Shown: piece after piece, positions 1 to 10,050 of the stretch
Position numbering within the stretch: position 1 is the first letter of the stretch
Layout of the letters: each line of letters opens with the position of its first letter
Notes under the pieces: model-generated
Seen by the model: the letters and a program-made list of their open reading frames with translations, nothing else
Told to the model about the DNA's origin: nothing
The model's database searches: none
Program-made: the position numbers and the translations under genes
Origin: Nitrosopumilus sp.
Lineage (GTDB): Archaea; Thermoproteota; Nitrososphaeria; Nitrososphaerales; Nitrosopumilaceae
DNA length: 64,000 bases
Reading direction: 5' to 3'
Assembly (NCBI GenBank): GCA_965238275.1
Contig: OZ250186.1
Coordinates: forward strand, 544,001 to 608,000

Positions 1-893
1 GGCTCGTGCACCTCAAGGCCTATCCCGTGCCCGGTGGAGTGGATAAAGTACTGGCCAAAGCCGCTCTCCTGGATGTACTGCCTGCAGGACTCGTCAACCT
101 CGCCGCATGTGGCGCCTGGCCGGACGCTCTTCAGGCCGAGCCTCTGGGATTCCCGGACCACATCGTATGCCTCGGCTGCCCGGGGCCGGATCCCTCCTAT
201 GGCAAACGTTCTTGTCGCATCAGATACGTATCCCTTGTATCTTAAGGTGAGATCAACTACTACGAGATCGTGCCTTCGGAACCTTCTTGACGTCACCTGC
301 GCATGGGGCAGGGCGCCGTTGGGGCCGCCTGCTATTATCAGCGGGTTGAGCGTGGAGGAATAGCCGGTATCAAACATCTGGCGCGAGCATGCGTGGGCCA
401 TTATTGCCGCCTGCAGCTCGGACTCCTTCTGGCCGGCATGGATGGACTGGGCGCATACCTCGAAGAGCTCGTCTATGATTCGGGAGGCCTTTTTGAGTAT
501 GGTAATCTCTTGTGTATCCTTGATAATGCGTGAGTTGTAGAACGGCTGGGCTGACTGCAAGATGGCCGGGATGCGGCCCTTCAGGGACATCATTGTGGAG
601 TAGTCCCGGCAGTCGGTGCAGGGACTCTTGCCGCGAATCTGTCCGGCAAGCGAGGAGACGAGTCCCGATCCCCGCTCTGCCCGGACCACGTTGCAGTCAC
701 GGGACTCCTCCCGGACCCTTCCCATCTCAAGCTCGGGTGCGACTATGGTAGTTGTTCCGTCAGACTCCAGCAGCCCCGCAGCCTCGCCCCAGAATCCTGT
801 CATGTAAAAGAGATTCTCAGGCTCAAAGGTTACCAGCGCGTCGCAGCCGATCTCTTCTGCATATCCTAGGAGGTCCTGTCTGCGCTGGTCCAC
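1..893 (-). CDS. Xaa-Pro peptidase (M24 family), 3' end beyond the window
   Basis: Absent from the ORF track. Manual translation from GTG at 893 gives MDQRRQDLLGYAEEIGCDALVTFEPENLFYMTGFWGE...FIHSTGHGIGLEVHE, the M24 metal-binding motif. Confidence 0.9.
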   Translation of the reverse strand, partial: MDQRRQDLLGYAEEIGCDALVTFEPENLFYMTGFWGEAAGLLESDGTTTIVAPELEMGRVREESRDCNVVRAERGSGLVSSLAGQIRGKSPCTDCRDYSTMMSLKGRIPAILQSAQPFYNSRIIKDTQEITILKKASRIIDELFEVCAQSIHAGQKESELQAAIMAHACSRQMFDTGYSSTLNPLIIAGGPNGALPHAQVTSRRFRRHDLVVVDLTLRYKGYVSDATRTFAIGGIRPRAAEAYDVVRESQRLGLKSVRPGATCGEVDESCRQYIQESGFGQYFIHSTGHGIGLEVHE

Positions 894-952
894 ACGGGTG
901 GGAGGGACAGGTCTCAATTTATGTATATATAGATCTGATCCGGAATAGTGTG

Positions 953-1969
953 ATGGAGCAGGAGGAGGAGAAGAAGAAGGTTGTGGCGCTGCTCTCCGGC
1001 GGCCTGGACAGCCAGCTTGCAGTGAGGATGATGCAGAAGCAGGGCTTTGAGGTATCTGCAGTGGCAATCAAGACTCCTTTTTGCGACTTTGACTGCGGCA
1101 GAGGCTGCGGATTTGAGATAAGGGAGAGGGCAGAGGACCTCAACGTGAATTTGAAGACAGTCTACCTAGGAGACGAGTATATCGAGATGCTAAAGAGCCC
1201 AAAGTACGGAAGGGGCGCAGGGTTCAACCCGTGTATTGACTGCCGCGCCATGATGTTCAAGGCTGCAAAGAAGCACATGGAGGACATCGGCGCCGAGTTT
1301 GTCATATCAGGCGAGGTGCTGGGACAGCGCCCCATGAGCCAGCACGGGCCGGCCCTGAGGACCATCGAAAAGGAGTCAGAACTGGTGGGAAAGATAGTGC
1401 GGCCACTCTCTGCAGGACTGTTGCCCAAGACTGATCCTGAAAGGGACGGGCTGATAAGGAGAGAGGACATGGGATTGATCAGGGGCAGGACCAGAAGGAA
1501 CCAGCTGCAGATGGCAAGGGAGTACGGGATAGAGAATCCGCCCAATGCCGGCGGAGGATGCCTGCTGACTGAGCCGCAGTTCGGGGTAAAGGCCAGGGAT
1601 CTTTTCGGGCACACGGAGACTCCCACCATCAATGACATTGATCTGCTGAAGGTAGGCAGGCACTTTAGGCTCGATGAGGAGACAAAGTTTGTGGTGGGAA
1701 GGAACAAGGATGAAAACGAGATGATTGCGGCAATAGCGCTGCCAGGGGACATACTGCTTGAGGCACAAGACCACGTAGGGCCGGTCTCGATTCTGCGCGG
1801 AAAGAGCGCAGCATCCCATGTGGGGTTTGCAGCATCGGTGACCCTCAGATACTCTGATGCGCCAAAAGACCAGACGGGAACCGTCCTGGTAAGGGAGGAG
1901 GACGGGAAGACCAGAAACATTAATTCAGCATGCGCAATAGAGTCCGATTACATCGGGTTTAGACTATAG
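953..1969 (+). CDS. PP-loop tRNA thiolation-type protein (ThiI/MnmA-like, DUF814-associated)
   Basis: SGGLDS PP-loop, NPCIDC, GEVLGQRPMSQ and GGCLLT motifs. Start moved to ATG 953 after an AT-rich promoter. Confidence 0.8.
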   Translation: MEQEEEKKKVVALLSGGLDSQLAVRMMQKQGFEVSAVAIKTPFCDFDCGRGCGFEIRERAEDLNVNLKTVYLGDEYIEMLKSPKYGRGAGFNPCIDCRAMMFKAAKKHMEDIGAEFVISGEVLGQRPMSQHGPALRTIEKESELVGKIVRPLSAGLLPKTDPERDGLIRREDMGLIRGRTRRNQLQMAREYGIENPPNAGGGCLLTEPQFGVKARDLFGHTETPTINDIDLLKVGRHFRLDEETKFVVGRNKDENEMIAAIALPGDILLEAQDHVGPVSILRGKSAASHVGFAASVTLRYSDAPKDQTGTVLVREEDGKTRNINSACAIESDYIGFRL

Positions 1970-2032
1970 GCACTAAAAAAATCCCGGACTCATGGAAGAG
2001 TTTTTGAGGAAGTAGATCGCAGTTTAGCCAGA

Positions 2033-2311
2033 ATGCAGAAGCATGAGAGTCCCACGTACCTCAAGGCAATAACAATCAAGGATGTCAGTGACATGCATTC
2101 CATACGGGAGGACATCAAAAAGGAGATGATTCTGATTCTAAGGGTGACCCCCCTTGCACAAAAGGATGTAGGGCAGCTGCGCAAGCTGGTCGAGGAGGTG
2201 TACGCAGTCGCAAAGGCCTCTAATGCAGACATTGCGCGGCTTGGCGAGGAGAGGATCATTGTGACCCCCCCGAACATAAAGATCTGGAAGCCCGAGTACG
2301 ACTTAAAATAG
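2033..2311 (+). CDS. sepF: SepF-family cell division protein
   Basis: 92 aa, ILILRVTPL...DIARLGEERIIVTP, typical of archaeal SepF/DUF552. Confidence 0.75.
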   Translation: MQKHESPTYLKAITIKDVSDMHSIREDIKKEMILILRVTPLAQKDVGQLRKLVEEVYAVAKASNADIARLGEERIIVTPPNIKIWKPEYDLK

Positions 2312-4243
2312 CTTTATTGCTTCTTGCACCTGCGGATAGTGGGAGGTAAGCCTGTACATCCGTCTTATGCTGGTGGCAAGGTTCTCTGACTTTTTGCGCT
2401 CACCGTGATTGACCAAGACGCGGCGGAGCTTGGGCCTGAGCCTCTGGACGAACGACATGAGCTGGTTGTAGTCGCTGTGCCCGCTGAAGCCGTCGAGTTT
2501 TTCAACACTGCAGCTGATGGTGACTGCCTCGACCTTGCCTGCCTTGCCCAGCATGGTGACCTGCCTGGAACCGTCAAGAACCCGGCGCCCCATGGTGCCA
2601 TTAACCTGATAGGAGACAAAGAGAATCTTGCTCTTTTTGTCAGGGGCGATGTTCTTAAAGTACTCCAGGACGGGGCCGCCCTCAAGCATGCCTGAGGTCG
2701 CAAGGATGATGCACGGGGAGTCCTCCCTCATGGGCTCCTCCCTTGCATCTGCGTGCTCGATGTTGGTAAAGTACTCCGAGTCAAACGGGTTGTCGTCTGT
2801 CTCCAGAATCTTCTGCCGGAGCTCCTTGGCAAGGTACTCCGGATAGGACTCGTGGATTGCAGAGGCCTCAGATATCATTCCCTCGGTGAATACGGACGCC
2901 TCGATCATCTGGCCGGACTTCATGTAGTGGTCTATTACCATCATGATCTCCTGGGCCCTTCCCACTGCCGGGATCGGTATCAGGACCTTGCCGCCGTCTG
3001 CAAGGGTGTTGTTTACCGTGTTTATGAAGGCAGACTCGACCTCCTGCCTGCTTGGCTGTATGTCCTCCTTGAGGCCGTACGTGCTTTCAATGAGAAGCGT
3101 CTCCACGCGGGGGAAGTTCCAGCTGGCAGCCTCAAACAGAATGCTCTTGCCAAACTTGATGTCGCCAGAGTATACAAAGTTGTGGTCGCCGTTGCCGATA
3201 TGGAAGTGGCACAGTGCAGAGCCCAGGATGTGTCCGGCGTTTGCAAGAACCAGCTTGATGTCAGGGGATATGTCAGTGACGGTGTTGTAGGGGAGCGTGA
3301 TGGCCTGCCTCATGATCTGCTTTACGTCCCTCTCCGAGTAGATCGGGGTTCTGCCCTGCGCGGCTGCCACCTTTATGGCATCCAGCTGGATGAGGTTCAT
3401 CATGGGGAGCGTGGGCTCCGTGCAGTATATGGGGCCCTTGTATCCGTACTTGGAGAGGACGGGGAGGAACCCCGTGTGGTCCAGATGCGCGTGGCCGATG
3501 ACCACGGCGTCAAGCTCGTCCAGGGTCAGATGGACAGAGTCAAGTCTTGGGAATGCGTCCATCGGGGAGCGCGCGCCGGGGTTTATTCCGCAGTCGATCA
3601 GAATCTTGCTTTCCGGGGTGGAGAGGAGCAGCGAGGATCTTCCCACCTGGCCGAATCCGCCAAGGGTGTACAGGGAGACTTCTGTCCTCTGCGAGAGCCT
3701 GGGCCTAAATATTTCATCGCCTATCTGCTTGAGCTGCTTGCTTCTTTCAGAGGAGGCCTGCTTCAGGGTTGAGTTGATGATCTGGATGGTGCGCGAGGGT
3801 ATGGTTGTGGCCTTTCGGATGCGCAGCCTCCAGCCGGTATTTTCAGTTATCAGGACATGGTCAAACTCCTTTGCGTTTCTCTGCAGCAGCCAGGGCCTCT
3901 TTGCCTCGACGGAGACCTCTCCTGTGGTGGTGTCAAAGATGGCTCCCTGCAGGTTTGCCTCCTTGGGAACGGATTCGGATATTATGTGCCAGGCCTCGTC
4001 TTCTGGTTTTCTGATGGACTCGTCGGTTCTTATCACAATCCTCTTCTTTATGACGTTTACAAGGTTTGATATCTTCTCGCCGTTCTCCATGAGGTAGCGG
4101 GGGGAGCTTGTGTAGAGGGCGATTCTCGGGCCCTCGTACTCTATCTTTGTGATCTTTGCCTCCCTTGGGATACTTGTCAGTATGGTAGCCATGATGCTCT
4201 GGCTAGTAGGAACTGGTTCTCTCGGTTGGTTTTTTCTTTGCAT
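2303..4243 (-). CDS. beta-CASP ribonuclease aCPSF1 (FttA)
   Basis: N-terminal KH domains, HAHLDH metallo-beta-lactamase motif, AGHILGS, FSGHSD; next to the proteasome beta gene. Confidence 0.95.
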   Translation of the reverse strand: MQRKNQPREPVPTSQSIMATILTSIPREAKITKIEYEGPRIALYTSSPRYLMENGEKISNLVNVIKKRIVIRTDESIRKPEDEAWHIISESVPKEANLQGAIFDTTTGEVSVEAKRPWLLQRNAKEFDHVLITENTGWRLRIRKATTIPSRTIQIINSTLKQASSERSKQLKQIGDEIFRPRLSQRTEVSLYTLGGFGQVGRSSLLLSTPESKILIDCGINPGARSPMDAFPRLDSVHLTLDELDAVVIGHAHLDHTGFLPVLSKYGYKGPIYCTEPTLPMMNLIQLDAIKVAAAQGRTPIYSERDVKQIMRQAITLPYNTVTDISPDIKLVLANAGHILGSALCHFHIGNGDHNFVYSGDIKFGKSILFEAASWNFPRVETLLIESTYGLKEDIQPSRQEVESAFINTVNNTLADGGKVLIPIPAVGRAQEIMMVIDHYMKSGQMIEASVFTEGMISEASAIHESYPEYLAKELRQKILETDDNPFDSEYFTNIEHADAREEPMREDSPCIILATSGMLEGGPVLEYFKNIAPDKKSKILFVSYQVNGTMGRRVLDGSRQVTMLGKAGKVEAVTISCSVEKLDGFSGHSDYNQLMSFVQRLRPKLRRVLVNHGERKKSENLATSIRRMYRLTSHYPQVQEAIKLF

Positions 4244-4250
4244 TGAATCA

Positions 4251-4883
4251 CTAAAGTTTGATGACTGCCTTCTTTTGCTCGTCAGTCAGGAGGCGGAATC
4301 CGTCCTTGTCTATGACTGCAACATTGATCCCGTCGCCGGTCCCTATGTTTCGAACTATTGCCGCCCGGACCGCACGCAGGGCAACCTTCTTGGCACCCTC
4401 CACGGTAAGGTTCTCCCGGTACTCCTCCTCAAGCAGGCCGTATGCCACAAGCGAGCCGCTGCCGGTTGTAACATATGACTTTTCCTCGACGGAGCCGAAC
4501 ATGTCTATGTTGAAGAGCGCGGGGCCCTGCGCGTCATACCCGCCCACCAGAATGTCGGCCATGAACGGATATCCGCGGTTCTGATGGAATATCAGCGAGC
4601 AGAGTCTTGCAAGGGAGTGGATTGGAATGGGGTGTGGTTTCTCGACCCTGTGGAGGTTGGAGTGGTATCGTAATATGTCAACAATGTTCTGTGCGTCTGC
4701 AACCCCGCCTGCCAGGGTCAGTCCTGCGTGAAGATCGATCTTTTGAATCTTCATGGTGTTGTTGTTTGCGATGAAATATCCTGCGCTGGCCCTCATGTCG
4801 GCACACAGCACCACACCATCGGTAGCCTTGATACCTACGGTGGTTGTCCCGTGCAAAATTTTTTCCTCTACATTGTTTGACAA
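4251..4883 (-). CDS. psmB: Proteasome beta subunit
   Basis: Propeptide cleavage site HG|TTTVG, ADMRAS, TGSGS. Confidence 0.95.
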   Translation of the reverse strand: MSNNVEEKILHGTTTVGIKATDGVVLCADMRASAGYFIANNNTMKIQKIDLHAGLTLAGGVADAQNIVDILRYHSNLHRVEKPHPIPIHSLARLCSLIFHQNRGYPFMADILVGGYDAQGPALFNIDMFGSVEEKSYVTTGSGSLVAYGLLEEEYRENLTVEGAKKVALRAVRAAIVRNIGTGDGINVAVIDKDGFRLLTDEQKKAVIKL

Positions 4884-4951
4884 AAATACACCTATTAAGA
4901 TAATGAATATGGCATATTACCCTTTTAAATAACTTTTTGATCTCTCCAATA

Positions 4952-6016
4952 ATGGGAAAAAGTAAGAGCAGAACAAAGTCACACACGATGGAGCTCCCCA
5001 GGCTCATTGAGATCGGGGAGGGGAACATGGACGGGTTCGGAGAATTTTTGAAGTCGCTGGGCGGACCCAAAACAGTCTCCCTGATATCAGGCACGAACGT
5101 TCAGGGCATACTGGGAAAGAGGATCCAGAGATCGCTTGAATCAAAGGGGATCAAATTTACATGGCATGCGCCAGGAGACAGCCAGATCAGGTCCATCAAC
5201 AAGATTCAGAAACAGGTCACAGAGGACGATTCTGACATGATTGCCGGGATCGGAGGAGGCAGATCCGTTGACACGGCAAAGATGATCTCATACAGGCTGG
5301 GCAGGCCGTTTGTCAGTCTGCCCACGGCAGCTTCCCATGACGGAATGGCAAGTCCGTTTGTCTCCGTAAGAAGCCACAGGCCCCATTCCATTGTCGCATC
5401 AGCGCCCATGGGGGTCTTTGTGGATATAGACGTGATCAGGAAGGCACCTGCAAGACTGCTTGCAAGCGGCTGCGGGGATCTTGTGGCAAACATAGTTGCA
5501 GTAAGGGACTGGCAGATTGGCCACGAGAGGAACGGCGAGTATTACGGAAGGTATTCGTCGGATCTGGCCATGATGAGTGCCGAGATAGTCATGGAAAACT
5601 CTGCAGAGTTTGCAAGGAATGGCCTGGATGCAAGGGTGATTGTAGAGGGACTGATCAGCGCAGGCGTGGCATCATGTATTGCAGGAAGCAGCAGGCCGTG
5701 CTCAGGCTCAGAGCACCTCTTCTCACACGCACTTGACAAGATTGCCCCAGGCATCGGACTTCATGGAGAGAAATGCGGATTGGGTTCCATAATGATGGCA
5801 AAGCTGCAGGGACAGAACTGGAAGAAGATCGCAAAGACATTGAAGGATGTAGGGGCCCCGACTACCGCAGCACAGATTGGTATCGGGCAGGATGCAGTCA
5901 TCAAGGCCTTGACCATTGCACAGGAGCAAAGGCCGGAGAGGTACACGATTCTCAGGGAGGTAGAGATGACTGAAAAGAGCGCAGAGGATCTTGCAAGAAG
6001 CACAAGGATAATCTAG
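4952..6016 (+). CDS. egsA: sn-glycerol-1-phosphate dehydrogenase
   Basis: GGGRSVD, PTAASHDG, SSRPCSGSEHLFSHALD, LHGE motifs; TTTAAATA box upstream. Confidence 0.95.
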   Translation: MGKSKSRTKSHTMELPRLIEIGEGNMDGFGEFLKSLGGPKTVSLISGTNVQGILGKRIQRSLESKGIKFTWHAPGDSQIRSINKIQKQVTEDDSDMIAGIGGGRSVDTAKMISYRLGRPFVSLPTAASHDGMASPFVSVRSHRPHSIVASAPMGVFVDIDVIRKAPARLLASGCGDLVANIVAVRDWQIGHERNGEYYGRYSSDLAMMSAEIVMENSAEFARNGLDARVIVEGLISAGVASCIAGSSRPCSGSEHLFSHALDKIAPGIGLHGEKCGLGSIMMAKLQGQNWKKIAKTLKDVGAPTTAAQIGIGQDAVIKALTIAQEQRPERYTILREVEMTEKSAEDLARSTRII

Positions 6017-6019
6017 AGT

Positions 6020-7039
6020 CTATTGTTCGGGTGGCTGGCCGGCATCCGGGGTTTGGGCTGGTGTGTCGGCATCCGGGGTTTGGCCGGCATCCGGGGTTTG
6101 GGCTGGTGTGTCGGCATCCGGGGTTTGGCCGGCATCCGGGGTTTGGCCGGCATCCGGGGTTTGGGCTGGTGTGTCGGCATCCGGGGTTTGGCCGGCATCC
6201 GGGGTTTGGCCGGCATCCGGGGTTTGGGCTTGGTCGGCATCCGGGGTTTGGTCGGCATCCGGGGTTTGGTCATCCGGGGTTTGGTCGGCATCCGGGGTTT
6301 GGTCAGGGGCGTCTGTCTCGGCGGTGCTAGATGGTGGTGATGGTGGACGCTGCGGGTTTGTATACACTTCGATAAAGCTGATCTCGTCTATAGTGGGTAC
6401 AAACTTGAATATGTCGGATTGAACAAAATTCTTTCCCATACGCAGATCGTTAAGACGCGACTCCTCTGTGGGAATTGTAATGTTTAGCTTGTTCTCGGCA
6501 AGCGCAAAGGAGACATCTGCTGTGTGCAGGTGCAGCCGTTCCCTGATGATTTGGGCGACCCGGTCGTCTGCGTCCTCGACGGACTTGACTATGTGTACGT
6601 CGTAAACGATCGTCTTTCCGGCGTATCTGTGGTTGTAGTCCATCTGGACACGTCCGGATCCGATAAAACGGATCGTTCCGATCTTGCCGTCGATTTCAAC
6701 CCTGTCTCCGACGGAGACCTTCTCTGCGTCATCTCCAAGCTTCCTCATGGAGATCATTCTGATCTTGCCGGGATCCTTTTTGCCAAAGGCCATGTCAGGT
6801 GCAAGCTCGATTGTGCGCCGTTCATCGACTACGGTCTCTGCCAGTATCTTGTCGACCCCTTCCAGAATCGGATACGACGTGTCGCCTACGGAGATCAGTT
6901 TTGGCTCATAGTGCGTGTGCTCATCATGCATGAGATGCTTTTCTGCCACGTCCGCAGACGTTGTGTCAAAGACATCCCCGGTCTCCTTTATGCTTGCAGT
7001 GTAATCTACTAGAATCAGAGAACCCTTCTCGAAAGCCAT
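6020..7039 (-). CDS. FKBP-type peptidyl-prolyl isomerase (long archaeal SlyD-like) with a repetitive acidic tail
   Basis: VDYT...VFDTT, AFGKKDP, DYNHRYAGKTIVY motifs; tail of QTPDA repeats. Confidence 0.9.
   Translation of the reverse strand: MAFEKGSLILVDYTASIKETGDVFDTTSADVAEKHLMHDEHTHYEPKLISVGDTSYPILEGVDKILAETVVDERRTIELAPDMAFGKKDPGKIRMISMRKLGDDAEKVSVGDRVEIDGKIGTIRFIGSGRVQMDYNHRYAGKTIVYDVHIVKSVEDADDRVAQIIRERLHLHTADVSFALAENKLNITIPTEESRLNDLRMGKNFVQSDIFKFVPTIDEISFIEVYTNPQRPPSPPSSTAETDAPDQTPDADQTPDDQTPDADQTPDADQAQTPDAGQTPDAGQTPDADTPAQTPDAGQTPDAGQTPDADTPAQTPDAGQTPDADTPAQTPDAGQPPEQ
6041..6305. repeat. Coding VNTR, mostly 18-bp units with longer variants (QTPDAG / QTPDADTPA)
   Basis: Core catccggggtttgg repeated about 13 times. 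Confidence 0.95.
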
Positions 7040-7223
7040 TGTACTCGATCTTGAATTTCCATATATTAAGCTAGACACGAGAAGCCCAGAAACGCGTATG
7101 GCTGCCTGTCATTTTACGTAATACGTCAGCCTTTAGAGGGATCAGATATCATGATCTTCTAACAGATCATAGCGGGGCTATTCTGATGGATAATCTCAGA
7201 CGCACGCATCAACATTGAAAACA

Positions 7224-7267
7224 CGCGCAGGCCTGCCTGTATGTCCGTGTCATAGCCCATCATGGCC
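7224..7267. repeat. 44-bp exact copy of 7323-7366 (aminotransferase 3' region)
   Basis: cgcgcaggcctgcctgtatgtccgtgtcatagcccatcatggcc occurs twice. Confidence 0.95.
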
Positions 7268-7293
7268 GAATGCAGCTCCGGCACATGCCAAAA

Positions 7294-8439
7294 TCAGAGG
7301 GCGTTTAGCTTCTCTTCTGCTGCGCGCAGGCCTGCCTGTATGTCCGTGTCATAGCCCATCATGGCCAGCGTGGATGCAATGCCGGAGATGGCCCTCATTA
7401 CATGGTACCTGTTTATCTCTCCCATGCATCCTACCCGGAACACCTTGCCTTTCAGGTCTCCAAACCCGCCGGCAACCAGAATTCTGAACTTTTTGGACAG
7501 TGTATCGCGGAATATCTTGTCCTCCAGTCCGTCCAGATAGTTTAATGCAATTACGACTGTGGAGCGGGAGTCCTTGTCTGCAAACGGCGTCAGTCCGATC
7601 TCAGACAGTCCGGAGTATAGGGCCTCAGAGCAGACCCGGTGGCGGTGAATCCTGTTCTCCATTCCCTCCTCAAGAATGATTCTCAACGCCTCCCTGTATG
7701 CGTAAAGCACGGGGAGTGCAGGCGTAAACGGAGTGTGCTTTGACTCGTCATAGTATTTGAAGTACCTTGGAAGGTTAAAGTACATCGTGTTTGGCGGATT
7801 TGCCTCCATGTATCTCCTGGTTCTTTGGTTTACACAGATCGGTGAGATGCCCGGTGGGGCGGCAAACGCCTTTTGGGCACCTGTCATGGCAATATCTATT
7901 CCCCACTTGTCCATGTGAAGCTCCTCGCCGCCCACAATGGACACGCCGTCAAGTACATAGTAGGAGTCGTTTCTTGATGTGAGATCCTTTATCCTGTCAA
8001 GATAGTTCAGCATGGTTCCGGTGGAGGTCTCGTTCCAGACGCAGTAGAATGCCTTGACATCGCTGTTGTTGTCAAACGCCTCCTTGACCTGATCAAATGT
8101 GGCATTGACGCCAGGCGTGGTCTCGACTCGAATCGCCTGGCCTCCGGCCCATTCAATCTGCTGGGCCAGCCGGGAGCTGAATTCTCCGTTTACCGGAATT
8201 ATCACCTTGTCGCCCTTTTTGATCAGATTTAATACCGAACATTCAGTGGCGCCAGTACCGGATGAGGACAGGCATACAGCGTCCCCTTTTGTCTCAAAGA
8301 CGCTCTTTGTGTTGTCCACGCACTCCTGATAGAGATCCACAAAGTCATCACTACGGTGGTTGATTGGATAGGTAATCATTGCCCTAGTTACACGTTCAGG
8401 TACATTCGTTGGTCCGGGCAGCATAACTAGGTATTCCAA
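7294..8439 (-). CDS. Class V aminotransferase (alanine-glyoxylate/serine-pyruvate family)
   Basis: MLPGPTNVP, NETSTG, DGVS, GAQKAF (PLP lysine), FRVGCMG. Confidence 0.92.
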   Translation of the reverse strand: MEYLVMLPGPTNVPERVTRAMITYPINHRSDDFVDLYQECVDNTKSVFETKGDAVCLSSSGTGATECSVLNLIKKGDKVIIPVNGEFSSRLAQQIEWAGGQAIRVETTPGVNATFDQVKEAFDNNSDVKAFYCVWNETSTGTMLNYLDRIKDLTSRNDSYYVLDGVSIVGGEELHMDKWGIDIAMTGAQKAFAAPPGISPICVNQRTRRYMEANPPNTMYFNLPRYFKYYDESKHTPFTPALPVLYAYREALRIILEEGMENRIHRHRVCSEALYSGLSEIGLTPFADKDSRSTVVIALNYLDGLEDKIFRDTLSKKFRILVAGGFGDLKGKVFRVGCMGEINRYHVMRAISGIASTLAMMGYDTDIQAGLRAAEEKLNAL

Positions 8440-8478
8440 ATCAGTCTCAAGTGGTGTCTTTGCAGGCGTTATTTAAAA

Positions 8479-8973
8479 TTAGAGGAGACGTGCGCGTGAG
8501 GCGCCGGACTCTTCTAGAAACCTGCGGGTTCCGTCAGGAACCAGGCTTCTCCACTCCCCGCCGCCGCCTGCAATCAGATTCCTGATGTTGGTACCGGAGA
8601 GAAGATCCCTTTGCAGGAACGGGATCGATTCTACCAGGACGCCTCTCTTGGAGTAGAGGCGTTTTGTCAGTTCGTCGTTTGAGAAGATGATTCCAAAATC
8701 AGGCACAATGGTACTGATCATCTCAATCCATCTGATATGGTTGTCCACATCAGGTATGGGGTAAATGGAGATCCTCTTCAGGGTGTCATTATTGATGGAT
8801 GCGAGGATCATCTGCCTCCTCTCGTCAGCCGAGAACGGGTTGTTCCTGTCTGCGGTTCTGTTGGAGCTTCCCAGACCCACCCACAGGCTGTTCACCCGGG
8901 ACAGCGCAAACTGCAGGGCCTGCAGGTGGCCCAGATGGAATGGCTGGAATCTTCCTATAAGCAGACCGTCCAT
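8479..8973 (-). CDS. nadM: Nicotinamide-nucleotide adenylyltransferase
   Basis: GRFQPFHLGH, NPFSADER, SGTNIR. Confidence 0.92.
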   Translation of the reverse strand: MDGLLIGRFQPFHLGHLQALQFALSRVNSLWVGLGSSNRTADRNNPFSADERRQMILASINNDTLKRISIYPIPDVDNHIRWIEMISTIVPDFGIIFSNDELTKRLYSKRGVLVESIPFLQRDLLSGTNIRNLIAGGGGEWRSLVPDGTRRFLEESGASRARLL

Positions 8974-9033
8974 ACAGGAGTTTTGGATACCTTTTTAAAA
9001 AAACTATCATAGGGGTTTCAGACAGGAGACGCG

Positions 9034-10050
9034 ATGGATCCTTTGGAGATTGACGGCGGACGCGGTGAAGGCGGGGGACAGATAGTCCGCTCTGCAGTAG
9101 CCCTCTCGTGCATTACAGGAAGACCCATACATCTGAAGAGCATCAGAAAGAACAGGAGGGTTTCGGGGCTGAGGCCCCAACACCTTGCAGCAATATCCAT
9201 ACTCCAAAGGATTGCGGGTGCAGAAGTGATGGGAGCCGAGATGGGATCCACGGAACTGAAATTTGTTCCGGGCACAATGGATAACATGGAACTAGTCGAG
9301 GATGTGGGGACAGCAGGGAGCATTCCGCTGATTCTGCAGGTCTTGATTCCGGTTGTAGCCGCCTCCCGTAACAGCCTGGATCTTACAATCAGGGGAGGAA
9401 CTGACGTGTCCTGGAGCCCCTCGATGGATTACGCCACGCACGTACTGGGGGAGGCATATTCCAGAATGGGGATGATGTTTTCACTTGAGGTAAGGAGGCG
9501 CGGATACTATCCAAGGGGCATGGGGGAGGTGGTTCTGCATGTGTTCCCGTCTGATCTCAGGCCGGCTACATTCTCTGGCAAGAGAACGGGCAGGGCTGAG
9601 ATGATCTGTACGTTCTCAAGACTTCCAGAGGAGATAATACGAAACGAGATCAGAAGAGTCAGCAAGGACCTGGCAGGATTGGCCCTGAATGTAAGAATCA
9701 TGGAACAGACTGCTGCAGATTCGGGCGCATCCATGCTGGTCTTTGAGACAGGCGACCGCATAACAGGGACGGATTCGTTGCTTGACAGGAAGACGCACAG
9801 GTTTGGGATCGATGCAGGCAGATTTGCAGAATCCCTAGGAGTAGACGAGAATCTGGCAGACATGCTTGTTGTGCCTGCAAGTCTGTGCGACGGAAGAACC
9901 GCATTCCAGGTTAGAAGCATCACAAGACACATGGAGACGAATCTGTTTGTCGCCTCCAAGATTACCGGATGCAGGTACGGGATTGGAAGGCTTGATGGCG
10001 GGTTCGAGGTGATAATCGACGGCGTCTCACACCCCGGCATCAAGCAGTGA
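9034..10050 (+). CDS. rtcA: RNA 3'-terminal phosphate cyclase
   Basis: IDGGRGEGGGQIVR, GLRPQH, GGTDV, RRGYYPRG, RHMETN (catalytic His). Confidence 0.93.
   Translation: MDPLEIDGGRGEGGGQIVRSAVALSCITGRPIHLKSIRKNRRVSGLRPQHLAAISILQRIAGAEVMGAEMGSTELKFVPGTMDNMELVEDVGTAGSIPLILQVLIPVVAASRNSLDLTIRGGTDVSWSPSMDYATHVLGEAYSRMGMMFSLEVRRRGYYPRGMGEVVLHVFPSDLRPATFSGKRTGRAEMICTFSRLPEEIIRNEIRRVSKDLAGLALNVRIMEQTAADSGASMLVFETGDRITGTDSLLDRKTHRFGIDAGRFAESLGVDENLADMLVVPASLCDGRTAFQVRSITRHMETNLFVASKITGCRYGIGRLDGGFEVIIDGVSHPGIKQ

Noticed and set aside
2365-4097. Long antisense ORFs over aCPSF1 and similar ones over other core genes
   Set aside because: Typical antisense shadows in GC-rich coding DNA with no recognisable motifs
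6013-6422. Several alternative ORFs over the FKBP tail repeat
   Set aside because: Shadow frames of the VNTR; the FKBP frame explains the region
9841-9945. RtcA catalytic His apparently replaced (DENLAD)
   Set aside because: The adenylylated His corresponds to the downstream RHMETN motif, which is intact
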